A DNA stretch of 64,000 bases from Gemmatimonadales bacterium (GCA_038321865.1 JBBQFH010000012.1:15044-79043), one strand, 5' to 3'. Shown: positions 39,734 to 50,617, counted from the first letter of the stretch. The notes: generated by a model not told the origin, from the letters alone. Numbers and translations are program-made.

Positions 39734-41079
39734 GAAGCCTCCACCGTTGCGTGGTCGTGCGAGGTGTCGAGGAAATAGGAGTGACAGGCCCGACGCAGGA
39801 GCTCGCGGTTGAGCGCCGGCGGTACCTCCAGGAACTTCGCGATGTCCACCACGTGATCGGTCAGATCCCGCGGGTGGCACGAGCGCGGCATGATCCCGAG
39901 CCGGCTGTAGTACTCGCGGAAGATCAGCTCCAGCGCCTGGCTGTTGAACTCGATCCCGCGCGCGAGGCAGCAGCGCCGGAAGATCTCCTCATACTCCGCC
40001 CGGGTCGGGTCCTCCACCTGCACCTTGTAGTGGATCCGCCGGAGGAAGGCCTCCTCGACCAGCGACTTGGGGTCGAGGTTGGTGGCGAAGATGACCAGGC
40101 AGTCGAACGGCACCGAGAACTTGGCGCCGGTATGAAGGGTGAGAAAATCCTCCCGGCGCTCCAGCGGCACGATCCAGCGGTTGAGCAGGTCGCGGGGCGG
40201 CACCCGCTGGCGCCCGAAGTCGTCGATGATGAGGACGCCACCGTTCGCCTTCACCTGGAAGGGCGCCTGGTACAGCTTGGTGTACGAGTCGTACTGGAGG
40301 TCGAGCTGCTCCAGCGTCAGCTCGCCGCCCGCGAGCACCACGGGGCGCGCCACGAGGGCATACCGCCGGTCGGCGTTCCCGGCGCCGAGCCAGAGTGCCT
40401 CCATGGGGTCGTCGCCGGCGGCGAGCGGGTCGGCGCTCCGGTGAAAGGTCGGATCCACCAGGACCATGATCTCGCCGTCGAGCTCCACGGCGAACGGCAG
40501 GTACAGCTCGCCGCCCAGCAGCGTGGCGATCGTCTCCGCGATCAGCGTCTTCCCGTTGCCGGCCTCGCCGAAGAGGAAGAGCGACTTGGCCGAGTTGATC
40601 GCCGGGCCCAGCACGTCGAGCATCGCTTCGTCGATCACCAGGCCGGAAAAGCCGTCCCGCATCCGCTCGCGGGTCACGTGCGCCTTGCCGATGGTCTGCT
40701 GCTCCACCGCGTGGCGGTACTGGACCAGCGGCACCGGTGCCGGCCCGACGTAGCGGCTGCCGGCGAACGCTTCGCGGGCCCGCTCGCGCCCGGTGGTGGT
40801 CAGGTCGAAGACGTAGCTGCCCCGGCTCGCGCCGGCGGCTGAGCGCACCTCGACGAAGCGGCGGTGCTGCATGTCGAGCAGGCGCTCGTCGACGAAGGGG
40901 AACGGCAGGCGGACCGTATCGGTCAGCGACTGGCCCGAGCGCGCGCCCTGCACGTACAGCACCTTGAGCAGCAGCTCCTCGACGAACTCCGCCGACAGAC
41001 CCGCGTCGTCGAGCGTCTCGGGCGCGCGCGGCTTCCAGCTGGTCTGCTCGGCTGCCGGTGAGACGGGGACGGCGGTCAC
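39730..41079 (-). CDS. AAA+ ATPase of uncharacterised function within the Tad operon
   Basis: Walker A GEAGNGKT, KANGGVLIIDDFGR, FATN, AFLRRI; N-terminal winged-helix-like region. Confidence 0.85.
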   Translation of the reverse strand: MTAVPVSPAAEQTSWKPRAPETLDDAGLSAEFVEELLLKVLYVQGARSGQSLTDTVRLPFPFVDERLLDMQHRRFVEVRSAAGASRGSYVFDLTTTGRERAREAFAGSRYVGPAPVPLVQYRHAVEQQTIGKAHVTRERMRDGFSGLVIDEAMLDVLGPAINSAKSLFLFGEAGNGKTLIAETIATLLGGELYLPFAVELDGEIMVLVDPTFHRSADPLAAGDDPMEALWLGAGNADRRYALVARPVVLAGGELTLEQLDLQYDSYTKLYQAPFQVKANGGVLIIDDFGRQRVPPRDLLNRWIVPLERREDFLTLHTGAKFSVPFDCLVIFATNLDPKSLVEEAFLRRIHYKVQVEDPTRAEYEEIFRRCCLARGIEFNSQALELIFREYYSRLGIMPRSCHPRDLTDHVVDIAKFLEVPPALNRELLRRACHSYFLDTSHDHATVEAS

Positions 41080-41444
41080 GGTGCGGTCTCCAGCGCTGAC
41101 ATGGTGAGCACATCTCCCTCGGCGATCCCCGCGCGCTCGGCCGACCCGGCCCGGAGCTCCAGCGCGGAGCGCGCGGCCCGTACGTAGGGCGACCGGGCAC
41201 CCGGCGCCAGCCGGTGACAGACCCGCACCACCCGCCCCGCGGGATCGAGAAACACGACGTCGATCGGGTACGGCATCATGAACATGTGGACGCCGCGACA
41301 GGGCACGATCAGCAGCCCTTCGTCCGCTTCCGGCTCGGGCGAGCCCAGCAGGCCGCGCAGCCGGGTCAGCGGATTGTCGGCGACCCGGACCCGGCCGGCG
41401 AGCGTCGTTCCCCGCCCCGCGTCACTCACCGACACCAGCTTCAC
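41076..41444 (-). CDS. DUF192 family protein
   Basis: VADNPLTRLRGLLG, VHMFMMPYPIDVVFLD and LELRAG motifs. Confidence 0.85.
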   Translation of the reverse strand: MKLVSVSDAGRGTTLAGRVRVADNPLTRLRGLLGSPEPEADEGLLIVPCRGVHMFMMPYPIDVVFLDPAGRVVRVCHRLAPGARSPYVRAARSALELRAGSAERAGIAEGDVLTMSALETAP

Positions 41445-42370
41445 ATGCCGATCTTCTCGAGCTCACGCATGATGGCGATGACCGACGGTGCCAGCACGAC
41501 CACGAACATCGCCGGGAAGATGCAGAGCACCAGCGGGAATACGAGCTTGATCGTCGTCTTGGCCGCCGCCTCTTCGGCGCGCTGCCGCCGCTTGATCCGA
41601 AGCGTATCGGCCTGGATCCGGAGCGCGTCGGCCACCGACGTGCCAAACCGGTCGGTCTGCACCAGCATGGCGACCAGCGACTTCATATCGGGCAGTCCGG
41701 TGCGGTCCGCCAGATGCTTGAGCGCGTCTTCCCGCGGCGTGCCCGCTCGAATCTCGAGATTCACCAGCGTGAGCTGCTCGCTCGTGACCGGGCTGACGTG
41801 ATAGATCTCGTCCGCCACCCGCGAAAGCGCCTGATTGAGCCCGAGCCCAGCTTCGACGCACACGACCAGCAGGTCGAGCATGTCCGGCATGGCCAGCTGC
41901 ACTTCCTTCTGCCGCGCCTTGAGCTTGCTCCGGACGAAGAACGTCGGTCCGATCCAGCCGATCCCCGCGCCCCACAGCACACCCATCAGCAGCTTGAGCG
42001 GCGCCGCGCCCAGCGACTGGCCGATGAGGAGCGCCCCGATGATGAGGACCGCGGGGAGAATCACCCGTGCCGCCCAGTAGATCGGGACGGCGCTCTCGTC
42101 GGTGTAGCCGGCCTGGACCAGGAACAGGCGCACCGCATTGACGTCGGTGCGGCCCTCGGTCACCCGGCCGCCCAGGATCGACAGCACGTTCTTCAGCCGC
42201 TCGGCGTTGGCCTCCCGGCGGCGGCGCTCGATCTCATCCCGCCCGCCGAGCGCCCGCAGCTCATCCAGCCGCTTGCCGACGGCGGCCGGGCGCCGGGGCG
42301 CGAGCAGCGCCATCGACACCATCATGAGGACGACGCAGGCCGCGGTGAACAGTCCGATGAGCGTGAGCAT
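41441..42370 (-). CDS. tadC: Tad pilus inner-membrane protein TadC (T2SSF domain)
   Basis: MPDMLDLLVVCVEAGLGL, QTDRFGT, AEEAAAK, PLVLCIFP. Confidence 0.92.
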   Translation of the reverse strand: MLTLIGLFTAACVVLMMVSMALLAPRRPAAVGKRLDELRALGGRDEIERRRREANAERLKNVLSILGGRVTEGRTDVNAVRLFLVQAGYTDESAVPIYWAARVILPAVLIIGALLIGQSLGAAPLKLLMGVLWGAGIGWIGPTFFVRSKLKARQKEVQLAMPDMLDLLVVCVEAGLGLNQALSRVADEIYHVSPVTSEQLTLVNLEIRAGTPREDALKHLADRTGLPDMKSLVAMLVQTDRFGTSVADALRIQADTLRIKRRQRAEEAAAKTTIKLVFPLVLCIFPAMFVVVLAPSVIAIMRELEKIGM

Positions 42371-42371
42371 G

Positions 42372-43355
42372 TCAGATCTCGATATTCACGATCTTGCGGA
42401 TCCACACATATCCGATCAGCTGCATCACGATCGCGATGATCACCACCAGCTTGCCCAGCGGATCGGTGAACAGGATGCTCATGTACTCGGCGTTCATGCT
42501 GTACAGGATCAGGAACAGGAAGATCGGCAGCGCACCGACGAGATAGCCGGTCATCCGTCCCTGCGCGGTGTAGACGCGCAGCTGCCGCCGGATCATGAAC
42601 CGCTCCCGCACCACCTTGGCCAGGTTGTCGAGAATTTCGGCGAGGTTGCCGCCCACCTCGCGCTGAATCAGGATCGCCGTCACCAGGATGCGGACATCCA
42701 CCAGTCCGACGCGGTCGCTCAGGTTGAGGAGCGAGTCGGGCACCGGCAGGCCGAACCGCTGCTCCTCGAACACCCGCCGGAGCTCGCCGGCGATCGGCTC
42801 CGGGCTGTCGTCCGCCGCCATCTTGAAGCCGGACGAAAGCGGGTGGCCGGCCCGGAGCGCCCGCCCGATCAGCTCGATGGCCTCGGGCAGCTGCTCCTCG
42901 AACCCGCCAAGCCGCTTGTTGCGGCGCATGCGGACGTACATGTATGGCAGAAATGCACCGGCCAGCGCGATAAAGAACCCGGCCGTGACGCTCCGGGTCA
43001 GCATCATTCCGCTCAGCCCTAGCCCCACGCCGAAGCCGAACGTCAGCACCACGAACGTCTTCAGCGTCCACGCCATCCCCGCCTGCGTCAGCATCCGGTC
43101 CACGTTCCGGAGGGACGGCAGGCGCGCGGCCAGGGCCTCGATCCAGACGGCCTCACCGTCCTCCTCACGGAGGATCTGCTGCCCCGCCGGGTCCAGCGGC
43201 GTATCCACCAGCTCCTTGAGCTGGCCGACGACGTTCTGCCGCTGCTGCCGGTCGCGCCACCACTCGAAGACGAGGGCGGCCGACACCGCGAACAGCGTCG
43301 CCGCCACGAATGCGGCGATGGCCGGCAGCAGCGCGCCCTGCGGGATCCCTACCAC
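42372..43355 (-). CDS. tadB: Tad pilus inner-membrane protein TadB
   Basis: [41 protein letters not shown] start overlapping the cpaF end. Confidence 0.92.
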   Translation of the reverse strand: MVGIPQGALLPAIAAFVAATLFAVSAALVFEWWRDRQQRQNVVGQLKELVDTPLDPAGQQILREEDGEAVWIEALAARLPSLRNVDRMLTQAGMAWTLKTFVVLTFGFGVGLGLSGMMLTRSVTAGFFIALAGAFLPYMYVRMRRNKRLGGFEEQLPEAIELIGRALRAGHPLSSGFKMAADDSPEPIAGELRRVFEEQRFGLPVPDSLLNLSDRVGLVDVRILVTAILIQREVGGNLAEILDNLAKVVRERFMIRRQLRVYTAQGRMTGYLVGALPIFLFLILYSMNAEYMSILFTDPLGKLVVIIAIVMQLIGYVWIRKIVNIEI

Positions 43356-44728
43356 TTGCCGCCCTTCCCTCGCGCGTCGACTCCATCGGCGTTGGAGAAC
43401 ATCAGCGTGCTGAGATCGATGCCGAACGCCTTCAGCCGCTCGGCGAACCTCGGCCGGATCCCGGTCGCCCGGAACTGGCCCACCACGCGATCGCCGTCCA
43501 TGCCCTGGCGGTCGTAGGTGAAGATCTCCTGCATGGTGATCACGTCGCCTTCCATGCCGACGAGCTCGGAGATCGAGACCACCTTCCGGGTGCCGTCGCT
43601 GAGCCGGCCCACCTGGATCACCACGTTGATCGCCGCGGCGATCTGCTGCCGCATCGCCTTCTCCGGCAGGTTGAGGTTCGCCATCGAGACCAGCGTCTCC
43701 AGCCGGGCCAGCGCGTCGCGCGGGGTGTTGGCGTGGAGCGTGGTGATCGAGCCGTCGTGGCCGGTGTTCATCGCCTGGAGCATGTCCACCGCCTCGGGGC
43801 CGCGGCACTCGCCCATCACGATGCGGTCTGGCCGCATGCGGAGCGCGTTGACCAGCAGCATCCGCTGCGGCACCTCGCCGTGGCCCTCGATGTTGCTCGG
43901 CCGGGTCTCCAGCCGCACCACGTGGGGCTGGCGCAGCTGCAGCTCGGCCGAGTCCTCGATAGTCAGGATGCGCTCGTAGCTCGGGATGTAGGACGACAGC
44001 ACGTTGAGCAGCGTCGTCTTGCCGGCGCCGGTGCCGCCCGAGATCAGGATGTTGAGCCGTGACTTGACGATCGCCTCGAGCAGGTTGAGCATCGGCAGCG
44101 TGAGGCTGTCGGTGCGCAGGAGGTCCTCGCCCGAGAGTGCGTCGCGCTTGAACTTCCGGATCGAGAGGTGCGGCCCGTCGATCGCCAGCGGCTTGATGAT
44201 GGCGTTGACGCGGGAGCCGTCGGGCAGGCGCGCGTCCACCATCGGCGACGAGTCGTCGATCCGCCGGCCGACGGCCGAGACGATCCGGTCGATGATCTGC
44301 AGCAGGTGGCGGTCGTCCTGGAAGACGACGTCGGTCTTTTCCAGCTTGCCGTGGCGCTCGATGAAGACGCTGCGGCTGGTGTTGACCAGGATGTCGGAGA
44401 CCTCGGGGTCCTTGATCAGCGGCTCCAGCGGACCCAGGCCGAAGATCTCGTCCAGCACCTGCTTCACCACCAGGTCGCGCTCCTCGAAGTTGAGGGGCAG
44501 CGCGTCCTGGGTGATCAGGTCGTGGACCACCTTCCGGATCGCCTCGGTGACCTGCTCACGGTCGAGGCGGTCGAGGTTGGAGAGGTTGAGGCGCTCGAGC
44601 AGGCGGCGGTGCACCCGGCCCTTGATGACCTGGAGCTCGTGCGTGGCGCGGGCGGCGGCGGCGCTGATCGGCGGCGCCGCTTCCCAGGGGAGCGGCGTCT
44701 GGTCGGGCAGCTTCGGCGCGGCGCTCAT
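43349..44728 (-). CDS. cpaF: Tad pilus assembly ATPase CpaF/TadA
   Basis: [44 protein letters not shown]. Confidence 0.96.
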   Translation of the reverse strand: MSAAPKLPDQTPLPWEAAPPISAAAARATHELQVIKGRVHRRLLERLNLSNLDRLDREQVTEAIRKVVHDLITQDALPLNFEERDLVVKQVLDEIFGLGPLEPLIKDPEVSDILVNTSRSVFIERHGKLEKTDVVFQDDRHLLQIIDRIVSAVGRRIDDSSPMVDARLPDGSRVNAIIKPLAIDGPHLSIRKFKRDALSGEDLLRTDSLTLPMLNLLEAIVKSRLNILISGGTGAGKTTLLNVLSSYIPSYERILTIEDSAELQLRQPHVVRLETRPSNIEGHGEVPQRMLLVNALRMRPDRIVMGECRGPEAVDMLQAMNTGHDGSITTLHANTPRDALARLETLVSMANLNLPEKAMRQQIAAAINVVIQVGRLSDGTRKVVSISELVGMEGDVITMQEIFTYDRQGMDGDRVVGQFRATGIRPRFAERLKAFGIDLSTLMFSNADGVDARGKGGKW

Positions 44729-45984
44729 GAGCGCGCTCCCTTCTTGCCGAGGAGGCGGCTCAGCCGGCCGCCGAGGCCGGCACGCGGCGCATCCGCCATC
44801 AGGCCGGCCAGCTTGACGCCGAGTGCCCGGAGGTCCCGGGTGAAGACGGTGCCGCTCTCGAGCGCGATCGGATGGCCCGAGTTGACCGAGGTCATCAACG
44901 CCTCGTAGTCGTTCCCGATCGTGGCGAAGACATCGAGGCCGAGCGTCCGCTTCACGTCGGCGAGGGAGACGGCGTCGTTGTCGGAGTGGCGGTTGATGAT
45001 CAGGCGCAGCTGTTCCTCGCCATGCGGCAGCACGCGCTTGAAGAGCGGCAGCGCCCGCTGGATGTTCCGGAGCGACGGGAGATCAGCAGTGGCGACGAGA
45101 AACACCAGCTCCCCCTGCTCCAGCGCGGCGAGTGAATGGGACCCGAACGACTTGGGCGTATCGATCACGATGTACTCGTAGTGCTGTCGCAGAAACTGCA
45201 GCATCCGGCGCACCTGGTCCGGCGTCACCGCCTCCGCCTTCTGCGGCTGGAACGCCGCCGACAGCAGATGCACCCCCGACTCGTGCTGCTCGATGTAGGA
45301 TGCCAGCAGGCCGGCATCCATCCGGCGGAAGTTCTCCACGAAATCCACGAGACTGAATCGCGGCTGCACACCTAGGATCAGCGCGCCCTCGCCCATCTCC
45401 AGGTCGAGGTCCAGCAGCAGCGTCTTCTTTCCGGTCAACCGGTGCAGCATGATCGCGAAGTTGGCCGCGATGATGGTCGACCCGACCCCGCCCTTGGCGC
45501 CGAAGAAGGGGTAGACGATGCCGGCCGCCTTCGATCGCTCGATCCCGACCTTGCCGAGCCGCTGGGCCGCCCGCTCGATCGCCGTGCGCAGCGTCTCTTC
45601 CGCCACCGGCTTCGGCAGGTAGTCGGCGACGTTGGCGCGCATCGCCGCCATCAGCATCTCCGGCTCGAGCTCCGGGCCGACGCCGATGAACTTGAGCGTC
45701 GGCGTCTGGTCGGCCAGGAACTGCGCGAACTTGAGGCCGAGCCCCACGTCGCTCTCCAGATCCAGCACGATCAGGTCGGGCGACGTCTGCCGGAGCGCGG
45801 TGAGCTGCTCGTCACCCAGCTGCGCGTAGCCGACCGTGATTTCCAGCGGCAGCGCGGAAGTCAGCTCGGCCCGGCCCAGGGCGTCGCGAAGCACGGCCCG
45901 GAACTCGGCATCGGTGGAGATGACCGCGCACTTCAGTCCCTCAGGCGCCACATCCGGCATCGATCCATTCGTCGGCGCTGTCAT
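44725..45984 (-). CDS. cpaE: Tad pilus localisation protein CpaE/TadZ (atypical REC + MinD-like ATPase)
   Basis: N-terminal receiver-like domain; deviant Walker [17 protein letters not shown]. Confidence 0.9.
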   Translation of the reverse strand: MTAPTNGSMPDVAPEGLKCAVISTDAEFRAVLRDALGRAELTSALPLEITVGYAQLGDEQLTALRQTSPDLIVLDLESDVGLGLKFAQFLADQTPTLKFIGVGPELEPEMLMAAMRANVADYLPKPVAEETLRTAIERAAQRLGKVGIERSKAAGIVYPFFGAKGGVGSTIIAANFAIMLHRLTGKKTLLLDLDLEMGEGALILGVQPRFSLVDFVENFRRMDAGLLASYIEQHESGVHLLSAAFQPQKAEAVTPDQVRRMLQFLRQHYEYIVIDTPKSFGSHSLAALEQGELVFLVATADLPSLRNIQRALPLFKRVLPHGEEQLRLIINRHSDNDAVSLADVKRTLGLDVFATIGNDYEALMTSVNSGHPIALESGTVFTRDLRALGVKLAGLMADAPRAGLGGRLSRLLGKKGARS

Positions 45985-47198
45985 TCGACCAGGCGCAGCA
46001 CCTTGATGGTCGTGCCCGTCGTGCCGCCGGACCCGCCGCCGCTGGCGAAGAACAGGAAGCGGCCCTGCACGAAATCCTGCTTGTTCTTGCCCGATCCCGC
46101 CGTCACCATGCCCTCCAGAAAGAAAAGGGCGATGTTGTTGAAGCTGATCTTGAGGTTGCCCCCGCCCTGGATGTTGGCGATCTGCGACGGGTTGAACAGG
46201 CCCAGCGGGATGACCCGCGGGCTGTTCTGCCAGTCACCGTACTTCCCGTCTACTCCAGTGACCGCGCCCTTGCCGCCGTCGCCGCTCGGATCCCATTTCG
46301 CTGTCGGATCCTGCGCAACCAGGTCGCCGATCCCCTGCTTCGTCGGGCCCTTCATGTCGCCATTTTCGATGTCGTACTGCACACCGAGTTGGACGGTGGC
46401 TGGATTGCAGCCCGTCAGGTTGTCCTTGTAATCGTTGGCGCCCTTGCTGTTGCCGATCCGCCAGGGATAGAAGAATCCGCTCGTGAGCGCCGACCCCGGC
46501 TGCTGCGCCTTGATCATGATCGGGCGACCCCGGTCCCCGGTATAGCCGTTCCCATTTCGCAGTGCACTGCCATAGCCAGTCTGTGTCCCGGCCGAGTCCG
46601 GGTTGTAGCGGTTATAGGTGTCGGGGTTCGGATTGTACTGCCAGTTCTCGTCCGGATCCCAGCTCTTGTCGCCGTTCACGTCCTGGGTGAATTTGCCCTT
46701 GGCATCCTTCGACTCCTCGTCCCAGATATCCGGCACGGCAAAGGGCTTGACGCACTTGCCGGCCTCCGACCCGGGCGCCGCGACGGCCGCTGCGTGCTTC
46801 CTTACCCGCACGCCGCTGATGCCGAAGGTATTGGCAAACCAGGTCGGCACATTGGAACGCGTGATGAAGACCCGCACCTTCTGACTGTCCGGAATCACCA
46901 CCACGCTGTCCTCACCGGCGACGATGAGCGTCTGCCGGATCGTCTGCAGGCGCGCATACCGATGCGCGCGGACGCCGGCGCTGTCCACCGCCTGCGTCGT
47001 ATCGGGCAGGTAGTTGAATCCACTCGCACCCGCCAGCGCGGCGGCATCGGCGGCGCGCTGCGCCTGCGCCCCGGCGGCCTGCACCATCCCCAGGTCGATG
47101 GCGACAGCAGCCAGCGCCAGGAACATGAACATCGACACCGCCACGATGGCGAGCGTCACCCCTCGGCGGTTTCCCACCATGTCGCGAATCTGCTTCAC
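45981..47198 (-). CDS. TadG-like pilus-associated protein
   Basis: Prepilin-like RRG|VTLAIV, AVAIDLG and QRAADAAALAGA Tad motif; GTG start with GAGG RBS. Confidence 0.85.
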   Translation of the reverse strand: MKQIRDMVGNRRGVTLAIVAVSMFMFLALAAVAIDLGMVQAAGAQAQRAADAAALAGASGFNYLPDTTQAVDSAGVRAHRYARLQTIRQTLIVAGEDSVVVIPDSQKVRVFITRSNVPTWFANTFGISGVRVRKHAAAVAAPGSEAGKCVKPFAVPDIWDEESKDAKGKFTQDVNGDKSWDPDENWQYNPNPDTYNRYNPDSAGTQTGYGSALRNGNGYTGDRGRPIMIKAQQPGSALTSGFFYPWRIGNSKGANDYKDNLTGCNPATVQLGVQYDIENGDMKGPTKQGIGDLVAQDPTAKWDPSGDGGKGAVTGVDGKYGDWQNSPRVIPLGLFNPSQIANIQGGGNLKISFNNIALFFLEGMVTAGSGKNKQDFVQGRFLFFASGGGSGGTTGTTIKVLRLVE

Positions 47199-47215
47199 GC
47201 CCACCTCCCCCTCGG

Positions 47216-48493
47216 TCACTTCGGCGATCCCTTCAAGGACCCGTCCCAACGCCATGTCTCCGGCTCGCCCGTCGGGAGCGCAGGCTTGGAGTCGGTAGGC
47301 TGCACCAGCTGCGGCGTCACCAGAACGAGAAGCTCGGTGCGCCGCTGCTGCGCGTTCTTGGACCGGAAGAATTGTCCCAGAATCGGCAGGTCACCCAGAA
47401 TCGGCACTTTGCTCACCGAATTGATCAGCGAATTGTCCAGCAGTCCGGCAATGACCAGGTACTGGCCATCCTTCAGCTCGACCTCGGTCTCCGCCCGCCG
47501 CGTCAGGAGGCTCGGAATCGTGAATCCCTGGAACGAGACGGCGTTGCCGAAGTCCAGCGACGACACCTCCGGTGCCACATGCAGCCGGATGCTTCCGCTC
47601 CGCGTGATCACCGGAGTGAACTTCAGCTTGATGCCGAATTCCTTGAAGACGATCGTGACGCCGCCGGAGCTGGCGCCGCCCTGGACCGTCGGATAGGGAA
47701 ATTCGCCGCCCGCGAGGAACGAGGCCTCGTGACCCGGCAGCGTCAGAAGATTGGGTTCGGCCAGCGTCTTGAAGGCGCCCCGCGTCGTGAGCGCCTGAAT
47801 CAGCAACTCAATGTTCGAGTTTGCACTTGCCAGCCCCACATCGAGCAGTCCGCCGACAAACTGTCCATTCGCGTTGGTCTGGCTGGACCCGGTCCAGTCA
47901 CCCTTGTCGTTGAGCCGGTGCGGATTGAGGGTGGTGAACTGCCCCTGCATCGTCTTGATGGCGCTCCGGTTCACTTCGGCGAACCGCACCTTGAGCATCA
48001 CCTGCGTGGCGCTCGGCGTGGTGAGGTTGTCGATCACCGTCGCGCCGGAGCCCTTGGCGATCTCGATCGCCCGCGCCGCGACGCTGGCGTCCCGGACCTG
48101 GCCCGACAGCGTCACCGTGTTGCCGCTGGCCGACACCTCGATGTTCTCGTCCTGCAGCGTCTGTTTGAGGTAGCGCTGCATGCCCGCCGCATCCGCCGTA
48201 ACGTCCACCGCAAACAGCCGTACGTTGCCGTCCCGGTCCCATACGAAGAGGCTGGTCGTTCCCAGCGCCTTGCCGTTGATCACGATCTCGGTCGTCGAGA
48301 CGTTGACCGCTTCGGCCACCGTGTTGTCGCCGATCGACCATCGCGCGATCGGCGCCGGGTTGACGACGAGCACCGAAGCGCCCTTGGAAACGACCAGAAC
48401 CTGCTGGGCGTCGCGTACCACGCGCTGTGCCTGGGCGGGCGCGGCCAGCGCGAGCGGAACCAGGAGCAGGAGGATTCGACGAAGAATCGGCAC
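47216..48493 (-). CDS. cpaC: Tad secretin CpaC/RcpA
   Basis: Signal peptide, BON-like region, QVMLKVRFAEV, LAEPNL, ASFLAGGEFP, KVPILGDLPILGQFFRS, VLVTP. Confidence 0.95.
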   Translation of the reverse strand: MPILRRILLLLVPLALAAPAQAQRVVRDAQQVLVVSKGASVLVVNPAPIARWSIGDNTVAEAVNVSTTEIVINGKALGTTSLFVWDRDGNVRLFAVDVTADAAGMQRYLKQTLQDENIEVSASGNTVTLSGQVRDASVAARAIEIAKGSGATVIDNLTTPSATQVMLKVRFAEVNRSAIKTMQGQFTTLNPHRLNDKGDWTGSSQTNANGQFVGGLLDVGLASANSNIELLIQALTTRGAFKTLAEPNLLTLPGHEASFLAGGEFPYPTVQGGASSGGVTIVFKEFGIKLKFTPVITRSGSIRLHVAPEVSSLDFGNAVSFQGFTIPSLLTRRAETEVELKDGQYLVIAGLLDNSLINSVSKVPILGDLPILGQFFRSKNAQQRRTELLVLVTPQLVQPTDSKPALPTGEPETWRWDGSLKGSPK

Positions 48494-48513
48494 GATGGTC
48501 CTTGGAGGGCGGT

Positions 48514-49374
48514 TCAGGGGTGCTTGAAGGTCGTGAGCGTGCGCTCACCACCTTTGTAACCTTCGACGATGACGCCGGGATCGCGCGGCGCTTCGGCCTG
48601 GACGCGGGCGCGCACCACCTGGCGGGGCAGCGACGACGCGGCGGCCGCGGGCGCGATCCCGCTCAGCTCGCGCACGTTGGCGCCCAGCGTCTTGGTGGCC
48701 AGCGTGTCGAGCGTGTTCCGGAGCGACAGTGACACCCGGCCCTGCTGGGCCGCGAGCGCGAGCAGCTCGGCCTGGTCGGGGGAAACCAGCAGCGTCACCA
48801 CCGACACCTTGATCGGCTTGCCGTCCTGGTCGGGCTGGCTGACCTGGCCCGAGGCGAGGACCTGCACGTTCTGGAGAATGGTCCGAGCAATCGCCTCCGG
48901 GCGATTCAGCTGCGGATTGGGGTCGAGCGTGATCAGCACGTCGACTCGGGTGCCCGGCAGCACGAATCCGGAGACGCCCATCACCTCGTCCACCCGAACG
49001 CTCATCGCCCGCATGCCGTCCCTGATGGTGACCTGAAGCCCGCCGCCGGCGTCCTTGGTCGAGAGCTTGGCGGCGAGCAGCGGCTCGTTCTCCGCGATCG
49101 GCGTGATCACGCCGCGCCCCAGCGCCTCCTGGGCGGTGGCGATGAAGCCCAGCGGCATGGCGCCGCCCGGCCAGTCGATGAGCTTCAGATCTCCCGCCTT
49201 GAGGGTCGAGCCGACCGACAGATTGTGCGCCGCCAGTACCACCTTGCCGGCCGGCGCGTCGCGCCGGGCCAGCGGCGACGCCTGCTGCCGCAGGTACTGC
49301 AGCGCCAGCATGGCCGCGAGGCCGCCGGAGGCCAGGGCAAGAACGAGGATGATCCAGAGGCGCATCTTACGCAT
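48514..49374 (-). CDS. cpaB: Flp pilus assembly protein CpaB/RcpC
   Basis: N-terminal TM, SAF domain, GMRAMSVRVD, GFVLPGTRVDV. Confidence 0.95.
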   Translation of the reverse strand: MRKMRLWIILVLALASGGLAAMLALQYLRQQASPLARRDAPAGKVVLAAHNLSVGSTLKAGDLKLIDWPGGAMPLGFIATAQEALGRGVITPIAENEPLLAAKLSTKDAGGGLQVTIRDGMRAMSVRVDEVMGVSGFVLPGTRVDVLITLDPNPQLNRPEAIARTILQNVQVLASGQVSQPDQDGKPIKVSVVTLLVSPDQAELLALAAQQGRVSLSLRNTLDTLATKTLGANVRELSGIAPAAAASSLPRQVVRARVQAEAPRDPGVIVEGYKGGERTLTTFKHP

Positions 49375-49380
49375 ACCGAA

Positions 49381-49827
49381 TCACTCGTTCCGCATCGTGG
49401 TGGTGGAATGAATCTGGAAGTTCGGCGTGCCCGTGGCCCAGTTCATCAGCACGCTGAGCAGGGGCAGCGAATATGGCATGTTGACGGTCACCACTAGCGG
49501 ATCGTTGGTCTTCCGCCAGTTGCCGGTAATCGTGATCGTGGCCTTGGTGGTGTCCAGAATCGCCGCCTTGAGGCGGAGGTTGATCGTATGCTTCACGACC
49601 CCGACGCCCGTGGTCGAATCGGAGGTCGCCGGATTCTGGACCACGGCGACACGGGCGCCCTCGCGGGCGGCATCCACCACCACCTGCTGGATGTTCCAGG
49701 CACGGCCGAAGCCGATGATGCCGGCAATGAGCAGGAAGAGCAGCGGCATGATGAGCGCGAACTCGGCCAGCGCCTGGCCGGATTCGTCGCCCGCAAGGCT
49801 TCGGGTCAGCGCCCTGATCGCTTTCAT
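49381..49827 (-). CDS. tadE: TadE-like pseudopilin
   Basis: DESG|QALAEFALIMPL...AAREGAR. Confidence 0.9.
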   Translation of the reverse strand: MKAIRALTRSLAGDESGQALAEFALIMPLLFLLIAGIIGFGRAWNIQQVVVDAAREGARVAVVQNPATSDSTTGVGVVKHTINLRLKAAILDTTKATITITGNWRKTNDPLVVTVNMPYSLPLLSVLMNWATGTPNFQIHSTTTMRNE

Positions 49828-50363
49828 ATATGCAGTGCCCCCATGATCTCCGAACCCGCGAACCGCCAGGTGATCGCGCCGATGGCGATCGCCACGCCGA
49901 ACGGGACCGTCATTGCGCCGGGCGTCGAGACCCGCCTGGCGTCGCCACCCTGGCCGCGAGTGCGCCAGAAGGACACGATGTCGAGCAATTGGACGAACAA
50001 CAGCAATAGCGCCCCACGGCGCGCAGCCTCGACCACGGCCATCACGGCGCCGGCCACGCAACTTACCGCCAATGCCCCGACGAAAGCGACAGGGCCCAGA
50101 AACGCCCCGACGGCGGTCAGCAGCTTGGCGTCTCCGCCCCCCAGAATGCCGAGGGCGAAGAGAACTACGGAAATTGCCAGGGCAAGTGTCGCCCCCAGCA
50201 CGCCCTGCCAGAGCGGTATGGGCCCCAGCAGGACGCGCAGAGAGAGCGCCACGAGCAACCCTGCCACTGTCAGCCGGTTGGGAATCCGACGCGTGCGAGC
50301 GTCGGACCACGCCGCCGCGCAGACCACGAGGACCAGCGCGGCGTCGCCCAACCCGGCCACCAC
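49824..50363 (-). CDS. cpaA: A24 prepilin peptidase CpaA/TadV
   Basis: WSDARTRRIPN and GGGDAKL catalytic Asp motifs; PFGVAI; start approximate. Confidence 0.9.
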   Translation of the reverse strand: MVAGLGDAALVLVVCAAAWSDARTRRIPNRLTVAGLLVALSLRVLLGPIPLWQGVLGATLALAISVVLFALGILGGGDAKLLTAVGAFLGPVAFVGALAVSCVAGAVMAVVEAARRGALLLLFVQLLDIVSFWRTRGQGGDARRVSTPGAMTVPFGVAIAIGAITWRFAGSEIMGALHI

Positions 50364-50380
50364 GACTGAAGCGGTCGAGC

Positions 50381-50554
50381 TCAGTCGGCCGTGGTCAGCG
50401 CGGTGTTGGTCTTGGTGAAGATGTTCTTGATGTGCGTGCCCATGCCCGCGATGATGGCGACGACGCCGATCACGATCAGGCCGAGGAGAAGGGCGTATTC
50501 GGCCAGACCCTGACCGGACTCGTCCTTCCAGAGCTGCGTAGCGAGGTTGCGCAT
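50381..50554 (-). CDS. flp: Flp family type IV pilin
   Basis: KDESG|QGLAEYALLLGLI Flp motif (G-1, E+5, Y+6); AGGGAG RBS. Confidence 0.95.
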   Translation of the reverse strand: MRNLATQLWKDESGQGLAEYALLLGLIVIGVVAIIAGMGTHIKNIFTKTNTALTTAD

Positions 50555-50601
50555 GGTACGTGTCTCCCTGTGATGTGATGGAACGGGTGAACGGAAGTGC
50601 A

Positions 50602-50617
50602 AGCAACCGGGTCACCC
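50602..50617 (-). promoter_or_regulatory. Putative sigma-54 promoter of the flp/tad operon
   Basis: GGGTGAC-CCGG-TTGCT (GG-N10-GC); TGCA-N6-TGCA palindrome about 70 bp further upstream (50684-50697). Confidence 0.4.
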
